Shown here: piece by piece, positions 40,003-55,185 of the stretch
How positions within the stretch are numbered: the stretch's first letter is position 1
Layout of the letters: every line of letters begins with the position of its first letter
NCBI GenBank assembly: GCA_951406725.2
Contig: OX597814.1
Coordinates: forward strand, 43,152,001 to 43,216,000
Length of the DNA stretch: 64,000 nucleotides
Source: Octopus vulgaris
Lineage: Eukaryota
Direction of reading: 5' to 3'
Notes under the pieces: model-generated
What the model saw: only the letters and a program-made list of their open reading frames with translations
Told to the model about the DNA's origin: nothing
The model's database searches: none
Program-made: the position numbers and the translations under genes

Positions 40003-41760
40003 TAATAATAATAATGATAATGCAAGGGATATTTCTATTGCGGATTTGGTGTTGGCTTGAAGTCATGCTTTTAATAGTGTGTCGAATCCCTGGAAGTCGA
40101 GTGAAGGGACATTCAGACTTCAGATATATCTTCCGCGTTGGGAATTGCGGCAGATTTTAGGTTTCCTGGTTAAACGTGTAGGAGCTATTATGTGTGATTT
40201 AGTATTTAGCAGTGGTGGTGGTGATGTTATGAGATGTTTGCTTTGACGTTGGCTTGTGTTCATTATACGGATTGTGCGTCTTGTCCCAGATACATGAGTG
40301 ACGTTGCAGCCACTGCGTACGCATAGCCTCTCGCCTTACGAATAGTAGCATAATGTTTACTTGTACTTTCATAGATTTTATTATATTTATATTTGGCAGA
40401 TTTATCTTGGATCTGTGAGGTATACATTCAGACTGGGGCGGACGGTGAGGTAAGAAAGGAGAAATTGTTCCCTAATTGGAGTAGTGGTAATGATAGTGGT
40501 GGTAATTGAAGTATCAGTAAATAGAATGATAATGATGCTTGCGGATCTCTTGCGTTAATTTGAGAGAGAGAAAAATTTGAGTAGCCTGACTGTGAGATGG
40601 TCTAGGGACTGTGTTGTTTAATAAAGTCATCAGTTCTGTTAGTATTGAGGAGTGACTATGGCTGCCTATTTTGCTGTTCTTGTTGTTGTTTATTTGTGGT
40701 TAGGAGAGTAGCTATTGAAAATGATAGTTATAATAAAGATGGTTCAGTTGTGATATACGGAGGAAATAAGTAATCTGAGTAGCTGGACTGTAAAAGGTTG
40801 TTGATTGCAGAGTTTGATAAGTCATCAATTGTGCTGTCAGTGAGCCGTGGCCGTGGCTACTATTCGTATTGTTGTTATTGCTGCGGTTGTTATTGTTGTT
40901 TTCGAAAAAATACATATTGAAGTTTCTCAAAATGAACGTGAATTATTTTATACATCATTTTATTAAGTTGAGTTCGATCCGATCATTTATTGAACATTTG
41001 AATTCTCCCATTGGTTATTGAACATTTAGTCTGTTCATTTCGTAATATAATTCAGACATGAAGCATCATGTTTTCATTTTAAGAAAGACATAGCCATGCG
41101 TTTATCAAAATATTGATTTCATCTTTAGACTTTTGTTTATTATAAACCTACTGTGTAGCAAGGAGTCCATGTGACAGTATAAAGTTGATATATAGGAGTG
41201 AAGGCAAATAACGTATCTTGGTGAGTGTGTATGAGCGTATACGAACGTATGATGCAGTGAGATCAATTTATTTATAAAAAGCAGGAAAAATTTACTGTGA
41301 ACTCACGGATCTCTGACGATAATGACATGAGGCCTCTCAAAATTTGCACCTAACGTAGAGTTTCAAACTCTACGATAGGTGTAATTTATACATTCTTTAA
41401 TTTTTCAGCAAATGGCTCTGCAAATTAATGTTTCTTCAAATGCCATATCAATTTTATTTAAATAATCACAGAATCAACTTTATTTCATGCTGATTACAAA
41501 ATTGTGAGGTCCGAAGGAGATTCAGTTGAATAATTGGGCCGAGTTGAATTATGTTTCTTAGACAGCTAACTGGCCGCAGCTAAGGAAGAACGTTTATACC
41601 TTCTTTACCCAAACAAACACAGACATAGGCGCACACACACACACACAAACGTATATATTTTTGAGGCTCATACTCTTCGCCGGTTCTTCTGCAGAATTGA
41701 ACTTTGGTGGGGACCATTCCCGTATACCACTCTGTGTTAAAAAAACTGAAATACAACTAG

Positions 41761-41908
41761 CCTCCAGTCGCATTCAAGTGTGATCATACCGATATTTCGC
41801 CATTTTTTTCGGTTTCACAATATCATGGGCATGAAGAGAACCAGGGGTGAGCTGACCACAAAAATGGTGAAATATTAGTATCCATTACTTCTGAATACGA
41901 GTGGAGCG
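41761..41908. repeat. Imperfect inverted repeat
   Basis: ctccagtcgcattca...ataccgatatttcgccattttt vs aaaaatggtgaaatattagtat...tgaatacgagtggag. Confidence 0.65.
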
Positions 41909-42091
41909 ACTTGTCTTTCAAGTGTTGTAACATCTTTTCACCCCCACCCCCTTCTGTATATTATAGGGAACCAGCGGACGGGAAAAAGACCAGATATGTT
42001 GAGTATGTGAGGTCGATAATATTTAGAATACTGGCACTGATTCTAATTCGTAACTGACTATACATATGAATATATATATATATACATATAT

Positions 42092-42257
42092 AGGCGCAGA
42101 AGTGGTTGTGTGGTAAGTAGCTTGTTTACCAACCACATGGTTCCGGGTTCAGTCCCACTGCGTGGTATCTTGGGCAAGTGTCTTCTACTATGGCCTCGGG
42201 CCGGCCAAAGCCTTGTGAGTAGATTTGGTAGACGGAAACTGAAAGAAGCCCGTCGTA

Positions 42258-42315
<58 letters not shown>

Positions 42316-42532
42316 TGTGTGTGTTTGTGTGTCTGTGATTGTCCCCCTAGCATTGCTTGACAATCGATACTGGTGTGTTTATGCCCCTGTTACTTAGCGG
42401 TTCGGCAAAAGAGACCGATAGAATAAGTATTGGGCTTACAAAAGAATAAGTCCCGGGGTCGAGTTGCTCGAGTAAAGGCGGTGCCCCAGCATGACCGCAG
42501 TCAAATGACTGAAACAAGTAAAAGAGTAAAAG
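42092..42532 (+). mobile_element. Full-length tRNA-derived SINE with internal microsatellite
   Basis: A-box-like GTGGTTGTGTGG, B-box-like GGTTCAGTCC; multiple copies in the window. Confidence 0.88.
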
Positions 42533-42592
42533 AGACATATATACATAAATCTGTCTATATATGCAAATACACACACACACACACACACATAT

Positions 42593-42662
<70 letters not shown>

Positions 42663-43859
42663 ACACGCACATACATGCATGTGTGTGATTGCATGTGTGT
42701 GTGTGTGTGTGTATTTATATGAAGAGTTGATTAGCAATTTATGTATATACAAAATATCCTATAATAATTTTATGGAATTTCTCTTTCCTTCGGTTATTAG
42801 TCTTTATGAAAAAAAGAAAACAGAAAGAATGAGAATGAATTTGTATTATCACAGATGAGCGCGTGAATTTTTGTTTGACAGCCATTTTTGAAGTTTTTTT
42901 AAAATTTTGTTCCTAATGATTTCACATTTTGTGTTCTGATATAGTTTTGTATGTTAATTATTGATATTAGATACATTTTCGCCACAAATCAATCAATATA
43001 GAGTTAATATATTTTAAACCTTTCAAAATTTGGGTAATTTTAACCAATTGAAAGCTGTAGGCACATAGGTACCTGTTTCCACATAACAAAGCCAAGCTGT
43101 TATCAAGCTGCTTACGCGTCTGCTGCTGTCCTGTCTAGCCACGTGGTCACTTTTGAAAATTATTAAATGCTTCAAACACATGAGGCATGGGGTGGTCTTG
43201 AGGTGTGTTAGAAATAACAGCTATGTAGGCCTTTAATCACGTGCATGAATTATTTGGGTGGGGATAATTGTATAATCTTATGAATTCCCGTATGTAGAAT
43301 GCAAATTCGCAAAATTTACCTGAAAATTCCCCAATTATTAAAGTTATGAGGGTTTATTTGGCATGCGTAAAACAGAATTCCCTCCAATATTTCATTTATA
43401 GTTTGATATTAAAACACGTGCTATTTGACAACATGTTCAATCTTGCACAAACCGACGAGTACCAAATCCTGTTTTCTGACTGGGTAAAATTATCAAACAT
43501 TAAACATCTGCAATTTTTTAAAGAAATTTTCAAGCAAACGTGAATTTGGCCCTGACATTCAGCGTGAAAAATTACCTACGCCAAATTTGAAAATTTTCAC
43601 ATAAATTTATAATTTCAAAATGTACAGACAAACAGAAATGTTTCGAGAATGATGCTCTTTCATTTGCTTTAGGTGTGTGGAAGTTCTCAGGGAACGGCAG
43701 ATAAATTTAATTACTCGGAAGCCCTTTATATGGAGGCACCATTTTAGCATTTTGTATTTTTTTCTTTTACTTCTTTCTGGTTCGGTAGTAGCCAATATTT
43801 TGATCGATTGTGATGTACGTACAGATATAAAAATGGACACACACACATACACGAGAGCA

Positions 43860-43964
<105 letters not shown>

Positions 43965-44586
43965 GGTCAATTTTTATCCTCACTCAGTGAAGTCACTCGA
44001 ATATACACGAACATAAGAATGAATAAACCTAAACATCATTTCACTAATAGAATGCTTCACTTGCAGTTGTACAAAACTATTAAAAAGAAACTATGAAGTG
44101 CAGAAAATATAAAATCAAATCAAGTATATTAAAAGATATTCATCAAAATCAAGCGAGAAAGCAAACTCACTAAGAATAAAGGTTCGTGGAAAGAAAATAT
44201 CAATAAATACAGGCATGCATAAAAGAAATGAATATAAATAACTGTCTTGTTATAAATCTGAATCGACATCATTCATGGTTCACTGATTTCATTTGAAAAT
44301 TCGTGCGTCTAACGTGAGTCACTATGGGTTTAATTCTTTTTTAGAATACTAAATTTGGCTGAAAAGAATAATTTAAAACAATTTCAGTATTCTCGAAACT
44401 ATTTGGAATGATAATCCTGTTAAGATTTCTGGTAAAGTTTAAAAGTTAATTTCTGTTTTTTTCATTTGAATCACCTGATATTAAAATCAATGTATCATTC
44501 ATACACTGCATGTACAATTACATCCACTCACACACTCATACAAGCACAGTGTGTATATGTATATGTGTGTTTATGCATATCTATCT

Positions 44587-44763
<177 letters not shown>

Positions 44764-46219
44764 AATATAGATATATTTATAGATATAGATATAGATTATG
44801 CATGTGTGTTTGTATTTGTGTTTTTGTGTTTCGATGAGACAAAACGAAACAATGTCTTGTAATATCCACTGCGCTATACACACATGATTCTTTTCGTCAT
44901 TTTCCTGTTTCTATGAATGAAACGTCTGGCGTATTGTCAATACTAAAAAGATTTAAATGTTCAAAGTTGAAAACAATGTCACAGACGTATGCTACATCGC
45001 ACACTGAATATTTTAACCCTGTGAATTTCATATTTATACTTTAATAGTAGAAGATTGATCTTCTTATATACATAGTTGCTGCTCAAAATGACATAAATAC
45101 TAAAACCATGTGCATGCACATACGCATAAATACCATGGCGTGGGTGACCATTTAAAATTAAGTTAGATTAGATTAAATAATCATGTATCTTATTTACGTC
45201 ATAAAATAAAAATATTAATAGAGATCTTATTCCGAATGGTTTTGTGATTGTCATAATGAGCTCTCGTCCCAACATGTGTAGTTTCGTATCACTTGGCTCT
45301 TTCAACAGAGATATTGGGTCACATAGGCGGAAATGCGTCAGACATTTAGTGTATTTTCGAAATGTCCTTCACTATCACGCATGTTTTTGCTTGGTCAATA
45401 TCATGTACATATGTGGTTATAAATCGTATCACCTCACTCATTGTAGAAGTGCGAAGATCCAGCACTTTAAGAAACAACGAAAATCAGGTAGACTATACGA
45501 CCCACCTTTTTTCTAATTTTTTACATATATTGCTGTACCAGATTTGAGTGGGTTTCAATACATTTTTTTAGATGGTATTCATAAATTTTCTCCTATTTGT
45601 CGAGCGGCATAAATTGTTGTGCCAAATCTGAGTGTGTTTAAATACGTTGCAGGTGACGTACGTAAGATTACTCCTATTTTTCGAGGGACATAAATATATC
45701 GATTTTTCTCTCCCTCCTTCGAGAAAATCGTGGGGCAGGGAGTGAGAATATTTCTTAACACTGTTTTGCCAATTTCGTGTCTCCAACAGAAAACCTAATC
45801 AATCAAGAATTTCCTTGTTTGGCATGATGTTTTGACATTGCTGACATTATGATTGTTTTTTCGTTGTGCAAATCTTCCAATAAATTCTTATTTGTGGCAT
45901 AAACGCCAATACAATATTTGATTTTTTTTTTCTTAACGTTCGTAGATTGATATACATTTGTGAATGATGTCTGTGCAAATGTGTTTTCCTGTTTCTTTGT
46001 TTGATATTGTTTGTTTCTATACCATGTTCTAAAGTTACGACATAGTATAACATGATCAACCAAATAATTCTAATGAAGGGTCTTTTCCCCAAAGGGACAA
46101 AAAGCAAGTAATTAATAAATGCCTTTGTTGGAAACGGTACACACATTAAATGAGAGAATTTATTCACATTCAATTTACACTAACATCTTAAATCTGACGT
46201 ATACACTTTCTACTCAGGC

Positions 46220-46321
<102 letters not shown>

Positions 46322-46324
46322 CGA

Positions 46325-46770
46325 TAGCTCATCTTAACTTATTGGAAGTGTTATCATGTATATCGCTTTGTCTTGGTATAAAAATGGGCTACAGCAAATA
46401 TTCCGCTTCTCAGTTCCTTCATCTTAACTCAGTTACTGGCGATATGTGCTTCTCTGTTCAAAGGAATTCTTTCGGGCTTGGATAATTCACCTCTGGAAAC
46501 ATGGGTGTTTCGTTCGACATACTTAAACAAACCTTATTCAGGGACCTTTTGAGCGGGATGGGTTACACGACCTGAAGAAAACTTTAACTGGGCCCCACCT
46601 GCAAGATCGTGCGCTGTTCATCTTAATATGAGATCACTATGTTGCGCACAAATATTTGTGATATATGTGCCTGCTGTAACTTTATCAGACGGGTAGTCAT
46701 GTTGGGTATACTGGGCTTCGTATATTTTATCCCAGTGTCACTTTCATGACATGCACTGCTCTCTCACTCA
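46325..46770. mobile_element. (TAA)n-associated dispersed repeat
   Basis: Reverse complement of 15383-15950; between (TAA)/(TGA) and (TAA) tracts. Confidence 0.85.
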
Positions 46771-46794
46771 ATAATAATAGTAATAATAATGATG

Positions 46795-46831
<37 letters not shown>

Positions 46832-46845
46832 TAGATATAATAATG

Positions 46846-46989
<144 letters not shown>

Positions 46990-48712
46990 TTACTTTACTA
47001 TTTTATTAGCAACAAGGGCTGTACTAAAAAAAACATTAAAAGACGTACAACATAAAATACAAGAACATGACCATACAATGGGTTTTCGCGTGTACGCAAT
47101 AAAAAAAACAACAGAAATTGAACAAGTTAAAACTCTCAACAGGGGAGGCGCTTTCAATTTCTCGTGGAAAAATCCACAAAAGCCACGGTTGCCTGACCAA
47201 CAGTGTAAGAGCCCTTCTCTTTTTTCTCAGGTGCGCGCTCAGAATTGGACCTTTCACACCGGCGATTCTTCCAACATTCACCCACCTTTCAACACACTTG
47301 CTACAAAGCAACACTTCCCTCCCCACCCTCAACATCCTTTGGTAAAAAGTTGGTAAGGTTTGGACCGAAGAGCAAGGTGTCTGTCTTTAGCCCTTTTAAA
47401 CGGATCCACTATACTACCTCTTTCGCTACAAACACTGGACAAATAGAAATTGACTGCCCCTCCCGGCCAAAAGAGGACGGTGGGGAAATCATCACAAAGG
47501 ATTCAGTTGACAGCAGGATCCTGTCTCCACACGACAGCTGGTGTTCGACATAAACCCATAGGACAGCAGTACTCGGGCACTGGACTAGGGCATGCAGAAC
47601 GGTTTCAACGCTCTGGGCGCACCTCGAGCAGGCCGCCTGACAGCATACGTGCCTGTAAAGTTTATCCCGAACAGGAAGCGACACTCAGTAGCAATGCCAG
47701 GCAAGATATTTCTGAAAGTTATCCATAGGACCAGGCCCGACATTTTTCCGAAACAGACCAGTTAGTTTATCTTCATAGACGCCCAGAGTTTCGCCGAGAA
47801 CGTCGTCGCGATTTCCCTCCAGTAGCCCTCTATAGAACGCTAGAGTGGACCTACCACCGACCGCAATGCCCACCTGGTGGAGGGCTTGGCGGCACTTGAA
47901 TTACCAAACGCCTATCCTCGGTCTACGCCTAATCCAGGATTGCAGCTCAGTCAAAGAGACGATCTGTGGAAAAGTGTTTCTTACAAACGTCAGTGAAACA
48001 CTGGCGATGCCGCAACCTCAGAGACTGTCTGTGCATCAATAACCACGGCATGCCCAGCCCTCCATTCAGCGGCTGTTGACAGCCGGTGGAGCAACTGACC
48101 AGTGGAACGTGCCGTTTCCACAGAAAGCAGAAGTGTAAGCGCACCAGCTTGGTGAATCAGCAAACAAGGCAAGGGATGACGGATGCGATGTACGCATTCA
48201 CCACCTCTGCCCGATCTTTCAGGGACAGCTTCCTCTGGCCCGTTTCTGGGTGAAATTGGCTAACCTGATCGTCACCTCGTCCCAGTTCTTCTCCACCTGG
48301 GAGTCCGGATCAAACCAAATTCCCATCAAATTAACAGGGGCGTCTGTCCAGCGCCCCACCACGCCTCTTCAGGTGCCGATTTGCAAGTCCACTGATATTT
48401 GCAAGTTAACTTTTGCTTCTGCCACCGATTCATATTCCTGTAGTGTTTCGCCAATCAGGTTTATATGCCTGTGACTCGACACTATGACGGTGACATCATC
48501 AGTGTAAGAAGACACACTTCTCCCACATCCTAGATCACGCGGGACACTCCTCAAAGCCTCCAACTTCAACAGTAATGACTCAAGAGTCAGTACATAGAGG
48601 AGGGGGAGCCTCGGCGCCATTAACGGACGGAATGCAAGAGGCTGAATAACTCTGACAGGTGATTATTCACCCGAACAACTGAGCAGATGCCGCGAAATAA
48701 AGCAACGACCCA
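46990..48712 (-). mobile_element. Tx1/L1-clade LINE ORF2 remnant (RT, zinc-binding C-terminus, 3' UTR)
   Basis: PLLYVLTLESLL...SYTDDVTV...EAKVN; LPVRDKL...CSRCAQSVETVLHALVQCP (CxxC...HxxxxC); AATAAA on minus near 47002; frameshifted. Confidence 0.88.
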
Positions 48713-48797
48713 CCATATGTATGTATGGACGTTCGTATATGTAAGTATAAGATGTGTTCTGTATATATATATTTGTATTTATGTGTCCATCTGGTAT

Positions 48798-48856
48798 ATT
48801 CAACTGATGAAGGCAGAGCTTATTTGAAGCAAAGCTAGAAATCCAGGATCTTGAAT
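48798..48856 (+). ncRNA. Type-I hammerhead-like motif (family I)
   Basis: ATTCAA-CTGATGA-AGGC..GCTT-ATTTG-AAGC..GCTA-GAAA-TCCAGGA-TC-TTGAAT; stem I extends with CTGG/CCAG. Confidence 0.72.
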
Positions 48857-49031
48857 TATCCAGTAATATCTTTTTGCTAGTTTATTTTGTCTCTGCCTTA
48901 TCTCATGGTGCGATATAAACATTTAAGGTGGTTTTTAGAGTCAGGGTTTTGACTGCTATTTCGGCATAGTGGTGTCTCTCAGATAGCCTTATATATATAT
49001 ATTTAAACCTCGCCAAGATAAATATTTAAAC

Positions 49032-49095
49032 CACCTAATGAATGACTGTAACTCGAAAATTTAAAGAAATTAACAGCCATGAAACGATCGTAATA
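49032..49095 (+). ncRNA. Family F hammerhead copy, mutated core
   Basis: CAC-CTAATGA-ATGACTGT...ACAGCCAT-GAAA-CGATCG-TA; G5>A, stem I broken. Confidence 0.55.
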
Positions 49096-49209
49096 TTAAT
49101 TATATTTTTTTAATAATTTTGTTATATATTTAAATAATATAAATTAAATAATCTTATGTATTGGCTTAAGTTTTTCATTGTATGATTTGCCTAATAGTGG
49201 TTTTGTCTC

Positions 49210-49247
<38 letters not shown>

Positions 49248-49250
<3 letters not shown>

Positions 49251-49415
49251 GCGCATAAGATAGACGTTATCGTGAATAGTCCTGGTTGGGTTGGCGCAAT
49301 TTTGCGCTTCACCAACCAGCTTGTCCACACAAGCGCCTACCACATGGCTAACACTTTCGCCAAAATGTTCAACTCTGCATTGAGCAGAGTAATCGGCCTG
49401 TAATTCTTTATAACA
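49248..49415 (-). mobile_element. Tx1/L1 RT N-terminal remnant (upstream part of the 46990-48712 element)
   Basis: IKNYRPITLLNAELNILAKVLA...DKLVGEAQNCA..RTIHDN. Confidence 0.85.
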
Positions 49416-49683
49416 TCGTTTCGTGTTCGGGTCCTTTTGCCATTTATTTTTTGTTTAATTCCGTATGTTTCATTTTTTCTCTCTTTCTTCTTTTTTCTCT
49501 GTCACATGACTTTGGAAATGGTCTATTTGGTGTGTTTATTTTAATGGCCTATCAATGTATACAGTACCCTTTTCTGTCCTAGGTGTCAGGAAGACACTCA
49601 GCAAGAATGGAAACAATCGAAATAATAATAATAATAATAATAATAATCATAATAATAACAACAACAACAACAACAACAATAAC

Positions 49684-49730
<47 letters not shown>

Positions 49731-49767
49731 TAATAATAATAATAATAATGATAATAATAATAATAAT

Positions 49768-49832
<65 letters not shown>

Positions 49833-50020
49833 TAATAATAATAATAATGATAATAATAATTTTCTATGATACAATACCCGGCAGCGTTTTTCGTGGCTTC
49901 TTATCGTAACTGATTGAAAATGTTATGTTGTACACGTTTTGTCATGGTGAAAAAAAATGGGCTACAGCAAATATTCTGCTCAATAGCGTAACAACAACAA
50001 CTACAACAATAATAGTAATA

Positions 50021-50096
<76 letters not shown>

Positions 50097-50667
50097 CACA
50101 ATCACGAGTAATTTTAAAAATACAATTTAATTCACTTAACTTCACATCAGCAAACAAGTAATTGAAGGATATTTAGAAGATGCAAGCCTCTCTATAAAAA
50201 GTGCGTTTCAAAATCTTTGAATATGGTTTTCCTGAAGAGAGAAGATGCGAATTGTAAATATATTACACAATTGCACGTCAAACATTAATATGCGTTAGAG
50301 ATGTTTATTTTTATTATAGAAATCATATTATGTCCCACATGATAGGTATAGTATAGCTTCATTGTGTTGATAACATCGAGAGAAATAGGCATCAGGCAAA
50401 CCTGATTTGTGAACAATTAAGTTATAGACAAGCAACGAGGAAGCATTCTAAGATATCCCTATATCTGAGAGAAATAGGAATCATATCTTCCTGAGTGTAC
50501 CATCTTAAACAAATCAGATAATGCGATTAAAAATACATTTCAGCGGGAATAAAAATATAAGATTACCACGATTCTGTTCATAGATGTGTCAGATCTAGGA
50601 TTATGAGGACGGAATAGTATTTCATACCTACATACTTGCATGCACAATTATAAAAATGTTTGTCGGT

Positions 50668-50748
<81 letters not shown>

Positions 50749-50983
50749 GGTGGGTGTATGTAGATTTAAGAAGGTTTGAAAACTGACAGAGCATACTGAG
50801 GAAATAATAACAATTACAAGCTAAGAGAAACGGATGCAAATATTGCCAGGACACTATTTCTGTGATAGCTGTTTCCGATTCTTATTTCCTTGTGTTATAT
50901 AAAGCACTCACAATCAAATATTATGCACGTGCACACACAAGCGCACACATACATACATATATGCAGACACACGCCCGCACACC

Positions 50984-51050
<67 letters not shown>

Positions 51051-51085
51051 GTACGTATATAAGTATATGAATATGCATATATATA

Positions 51086-51123
<38 letters not shown>

Positions 51124-52023
51124 TAGATAGATAGATATGCATATATATACATATATGCATGTATATATTTATATATATGTATATATATATATAAATAGAT
51201 AGATACATACATACATACATACACAATACTTACATACGTACATACATATACATACGACCACCTAATTATGTATAGATGCATATATGTATGTGCGATTGTG
51301 CATGTGCGTGTGCCAGCATATAAGCTTGTTTGTAACTGCAATTAGAATGAGTATTGCTTTCGGTGTTACAGAACAAGTTGTTGTAGCTATGCATGTGACT
51401 GACTTTTACAAACAGCTAGATTGATACGATAACTAAATAATTCCTCTCATCATTTTTGCACTATTTCTTCATGCCAGTCACCACTTTAAAGCAATCCTCA
51501 TACAGATAATGCTTATCTCATGGAAATTTACCAATTTGTCAGAACCAACTATTTTCCAACACTCTAACGAATGGAAAGAAATTCTCTTCGACAACTTGAC
51601 AGTATAATCACACGGTGTTGAATGAATGACTCAATTGAGTTGGTGTTTTAAAAATAGAGGGAACAAAGAGACTGTCAGCTACAGCTATTATATATGCGAC
51701 AATAAATACTAACATACAAATGCGTGTACATACGTTTGAATATATATATATATATATATATATTCATATATATGTATATGTAACTTAAAGTAGTCATTAT
51801 TGCCGGCACTTACTTGCAATGCTTAGAAAGATATAGAGATAACTATATATGTAGTAATATGCGCGTGTGTACCTGTAAATTTGCATTTGAAATCTAGCAG
51901 AAATGCTAAGCATGCACAAGCATTTATTCGTACGCGTAGGTAAAATAGCAAATATACCTATATATATATATATATATATGCTTTCAACGTATATACTGTG
52001 TCTCTATGTATGTGCATATATGA

Positions 52024-52084
<61 letters not shown>

Positions 52085-52124
52085 AGGGAACAATTTCCAA
52101 TATTCTCACTGTAATGCAAAAAAA

Positions 52125-52520
52125 TAGATGTAGCTGTATGGTAAGTAGCTTAGATACCAACCACATTATTCCGGTTTCAGTTCCACTACGTGGCAAGTGT
52201 CTTCTACTATAGGCTACAGCCGACCACAGACTAGTGAGTGGATTTAGTAAGCGGACACTGAAAGAAGCCCGTCATATCTATATGTGTGTGTGTGTGTGTT
52301 TATCTATATGTTTGTGTGCCTGTGTTTCCCCCCGCCCCATCACTTGACAACAGATGCTGGTATGTTTACGTCTCCGTAACTTATTGGTTCGGCAAAAGAT
52401 ACCGATAGAATAGGTACTAGGCTTACAAATAAGAAGTCCGGGGGTTGATTTATGCAACTACAGGTAGTGCTAGATCATGGGCGAAGTCATACAGGTGAAA
52501 CAACCAGAGGACTAAAGGAG
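52125..52520 (+). mobile_element. SINE (42092 family)
   Basis: ggtaagtagctt...ggtttcagttccactacgtgg...gaaagaagcccgtc...gttcggcaaaaga. Confidence 0.8.
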
Positions 52521-52542
52521 TATACGTTTAAATACGTATATA

Positions 52543-52597
<55 letters not shown>

Positions 52598-52734
52598 GCA
52601 CACACGTAAACATACACACATTCACACACACATGCACATACACGAATATATGTGTGTGTTTGTGTATGAAGACTAAACTTCAAAATGTTAATATATTGCA
52701 TTAGAGAGAGGAACGTCGTCGATCGTACAAAATA

Positions 52735-52984
52735 GAACCCTGCCACGTGGCTTCGGGTTCGTCCCACTGCATGGGACCTTGTGGAAGTGTCTTCTACTAT
52801 GGTCTCGGGCGGACCCCGAAATTAGTCTGTGTATGTTGAACCAGCAATGGAAGTCTGCCAACATCCGCTGTTCGAAGGTTGTAATAGACACATGTTTGTG
52901 TGTCATTTGGCTAGCTAGTCGCGATGGCCTCTTGGAGCTAATCAACGGGAGCATTCGTCCTATTTTCGTGGACTGTCATGTTCC

Positions 52985-53036
<52 letters not shown>

Positions 53037-53242
53037 ATATGCAATTCTGTATCTGTTTCCCCACCATCGTTTCACAAACGAAGTTGGTGTGTTTACTTCG
53101 ACGAAATCTGGCTGTTCGGCAATAGAGAACAATTGAATAAGTACTAGGCTTAAAAACTAAGCCATGGCGGTCTATTTGTTCGACTGAAGCTGGTGCTCCA
53201 GTATGGCCGCAAACAAATGACAGAAACAAAAGAGTAAAAGAG
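52735..53242 (+). mobile_element. SINE (42092 family), diverged, with insertion
   Basis: ccacgtggcttcgggttcgtcccactgcatgg...gtgtcttctactat...gttcggcaatagaga. Confidence 0.65.
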
Positions 53243-53303
53243 TATACTTGTACATATATGCATATATATATATATATGCACATATATACGTGTGTGTTTA
53301 TAG

Positions 53304-53368
<65 letters not shown>

Positions 53369-53632
53369 TAGATAGATAGATAGATATATATATATTATAT
53401 TAAATTAGAGATAAAACCACTACTAGGCAAATCAAACAGTAAAAATCATAAGCCAATACACAGAAATAAAATTAATTAAAAAATATATAAAAATATAAAA
53501 TATAAAATATAAAAATCCAATTGAAATATTTAAATCAAAGTTCAAATTTTTAAAAATTATTTAAATTAATAATTTAAACTTATAAATTATAAATATATAT
53601 ATTTTTTTATTATTATTTTTTATATATTAATT

Positions 53633-53689
<57 letters not shown>

Positions 53690-53776
53690 TTTTTTTTTAT
53701 ATTTTTATATTTATTTATTTATTTATTTATAAACTATCAAAAAGTATTAAAAGTTTAATAAGATAAAGAGTAAAAA

Positions 53777-53870
53777 CACTACGATCGTTTCATGCCCGTA
53801 ACCAATTCGAATAACAATAATTTAAATTCAATTAATAATTCAAGTTATGGTTACACTCAATCTTCAGGTT
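53777..53870 (-). ncRNA. Family F-related hammerhead motif with longer stem II
   Basis: AAC-CTGAAGA-TTGAGT-GTAACCA...TGGTTAC-GGGCAT-GAAA-CGATCG-TA-GTG. Confidence 0.65.
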
Positions 53871-54047
53871 AATTGTAATATTTTAATAAATAATCAAAAA
53901 TATTTAAACAATATTTTTTAAGAAATAAATAATATAATAAATTTTCTTATAAAACACTCTATTATCAAACTAGAAACTTAACGATTATGATTATATCAAA
54001 ACAACGATTATAATGTTAAATATTAATTGTAATTTTTAAGTATTAAT

Positions 54048-54094
<47 letters not shown>

Positions 54095-54179
54095 AAATTT
54101 AGAGACATCCAAAAGACAAAGACAGGTGTATAAACAACAAGCGGGTGTATAATTTTGACGCTCAGGAAAGAAAGAAAGT

Positions 54180-54215
54180 ATTTTACGTTTCGAGCCTACG
54201 CTTTCCAACAGAAAG
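54180..54215 (-). ncRNA. Family B hammerhead-like motif at the PLE 3' end (degenerate)
   Basis: CTTT-CTGTTGG-A-AAGC-GTAG-GCTC-GAAA-CG-TA-AAAT. Confidence 0.5.
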
Positions 54216-54662
54216 TAACACGTGGAAATTAAGTGAGAGAGAATAAAAGGAAAACAGTTGTGGATTTACCGATCAATCATGGCAACTAGTTGGAAAAAGG
54301 TAGTTCAGCAGGAGAGCTAGGAAGAAGGGGAAATAATAAAGTGCTGTTTATCCCAACACGAAACTGCGCGCCCATGTGTGTTTGTGAGTGTGTAAGTGTG
54401 TATATGGATAAGGGTTAGTGACTTTGACGAGCGGATGTGTGCGTGTGTAAGTTTGTGCAACTGTAATGTGTGACTATTTGGATGATGGTGTGTGTATGTA
54501 CGGATGATGGTTTGTGGGTGTGCATATGATGGTGTGTAGGTGTGTGGATGTCGGTGTGAGAATACGCAGATGATGGTGTGCGATGTGGGTGCTGGGAAGT
54601 GGTCAGTGCTAGTGTATGTGGGATGGTGTTGGATGGTGTCATGTGGTGTGGTAGTGTAATGA

Positions 54663-55185
54663 TGTTAAGATAAGTTAACTTCAGTTAATTTTTAGGGGCT
54701 CAAAAAGCAAAAAGCAAGGACATGTTTGGGGACATGGAGTTATGTAGAGGGAGAGTGTTCATGCAAAGAGTTCGGGCCATTTCTGGTCGGCATCTTCTCT
54801 ATCTCGTCCGGCAGCTTATTCCACGGATCCGCAACCCGGAGGAAGAAGGCCCCTCTCTTTCGATTGAGATGAAATCGTCGCAGATAGAGCTTTTCGGAGT
54901 GACCCTGCAGCCGACGCTCTGGAGCAGGAATGAAGAACAGCTCTTTCGAAAGGTTACACTTTCCGCTTATGATGTGAGCGAGAATGAGATCACCACGGCG
55001 TCGTCGTTTTTCTAGAGAATAATGGTCGAGCTTCTTCAGCCTTTCTTCATAAGACGAATGCTTGAGACCAAGAACCATGCGGGTAGCCAGCTTCTGGACT
55101 CTTTCGAGATGATGTATGTCTTTGAGAAGATAAGGAGAAGGGGCTTGAATCCCGTACTCCAATATGGGTCTCACCAGCGTGATAT
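54663..55185 (-). mobile_element. CR1-like LINE 3' fragment nested in the PLE
   Basis: RPILEYG..SPYLLKDIHHLERVQKLATRMV.GLK..SYEERL..L...SLEKRRRRGDLI...GHS.KL...FF.RV...WNKLP. Confidence 0.9.

Noticed and set aside
45560-45830. Possible PLE GIY-YIG remnant (CPSKNRSNLTYVTC)
   Set aside because: Similarity is too weak to call without a profile search.
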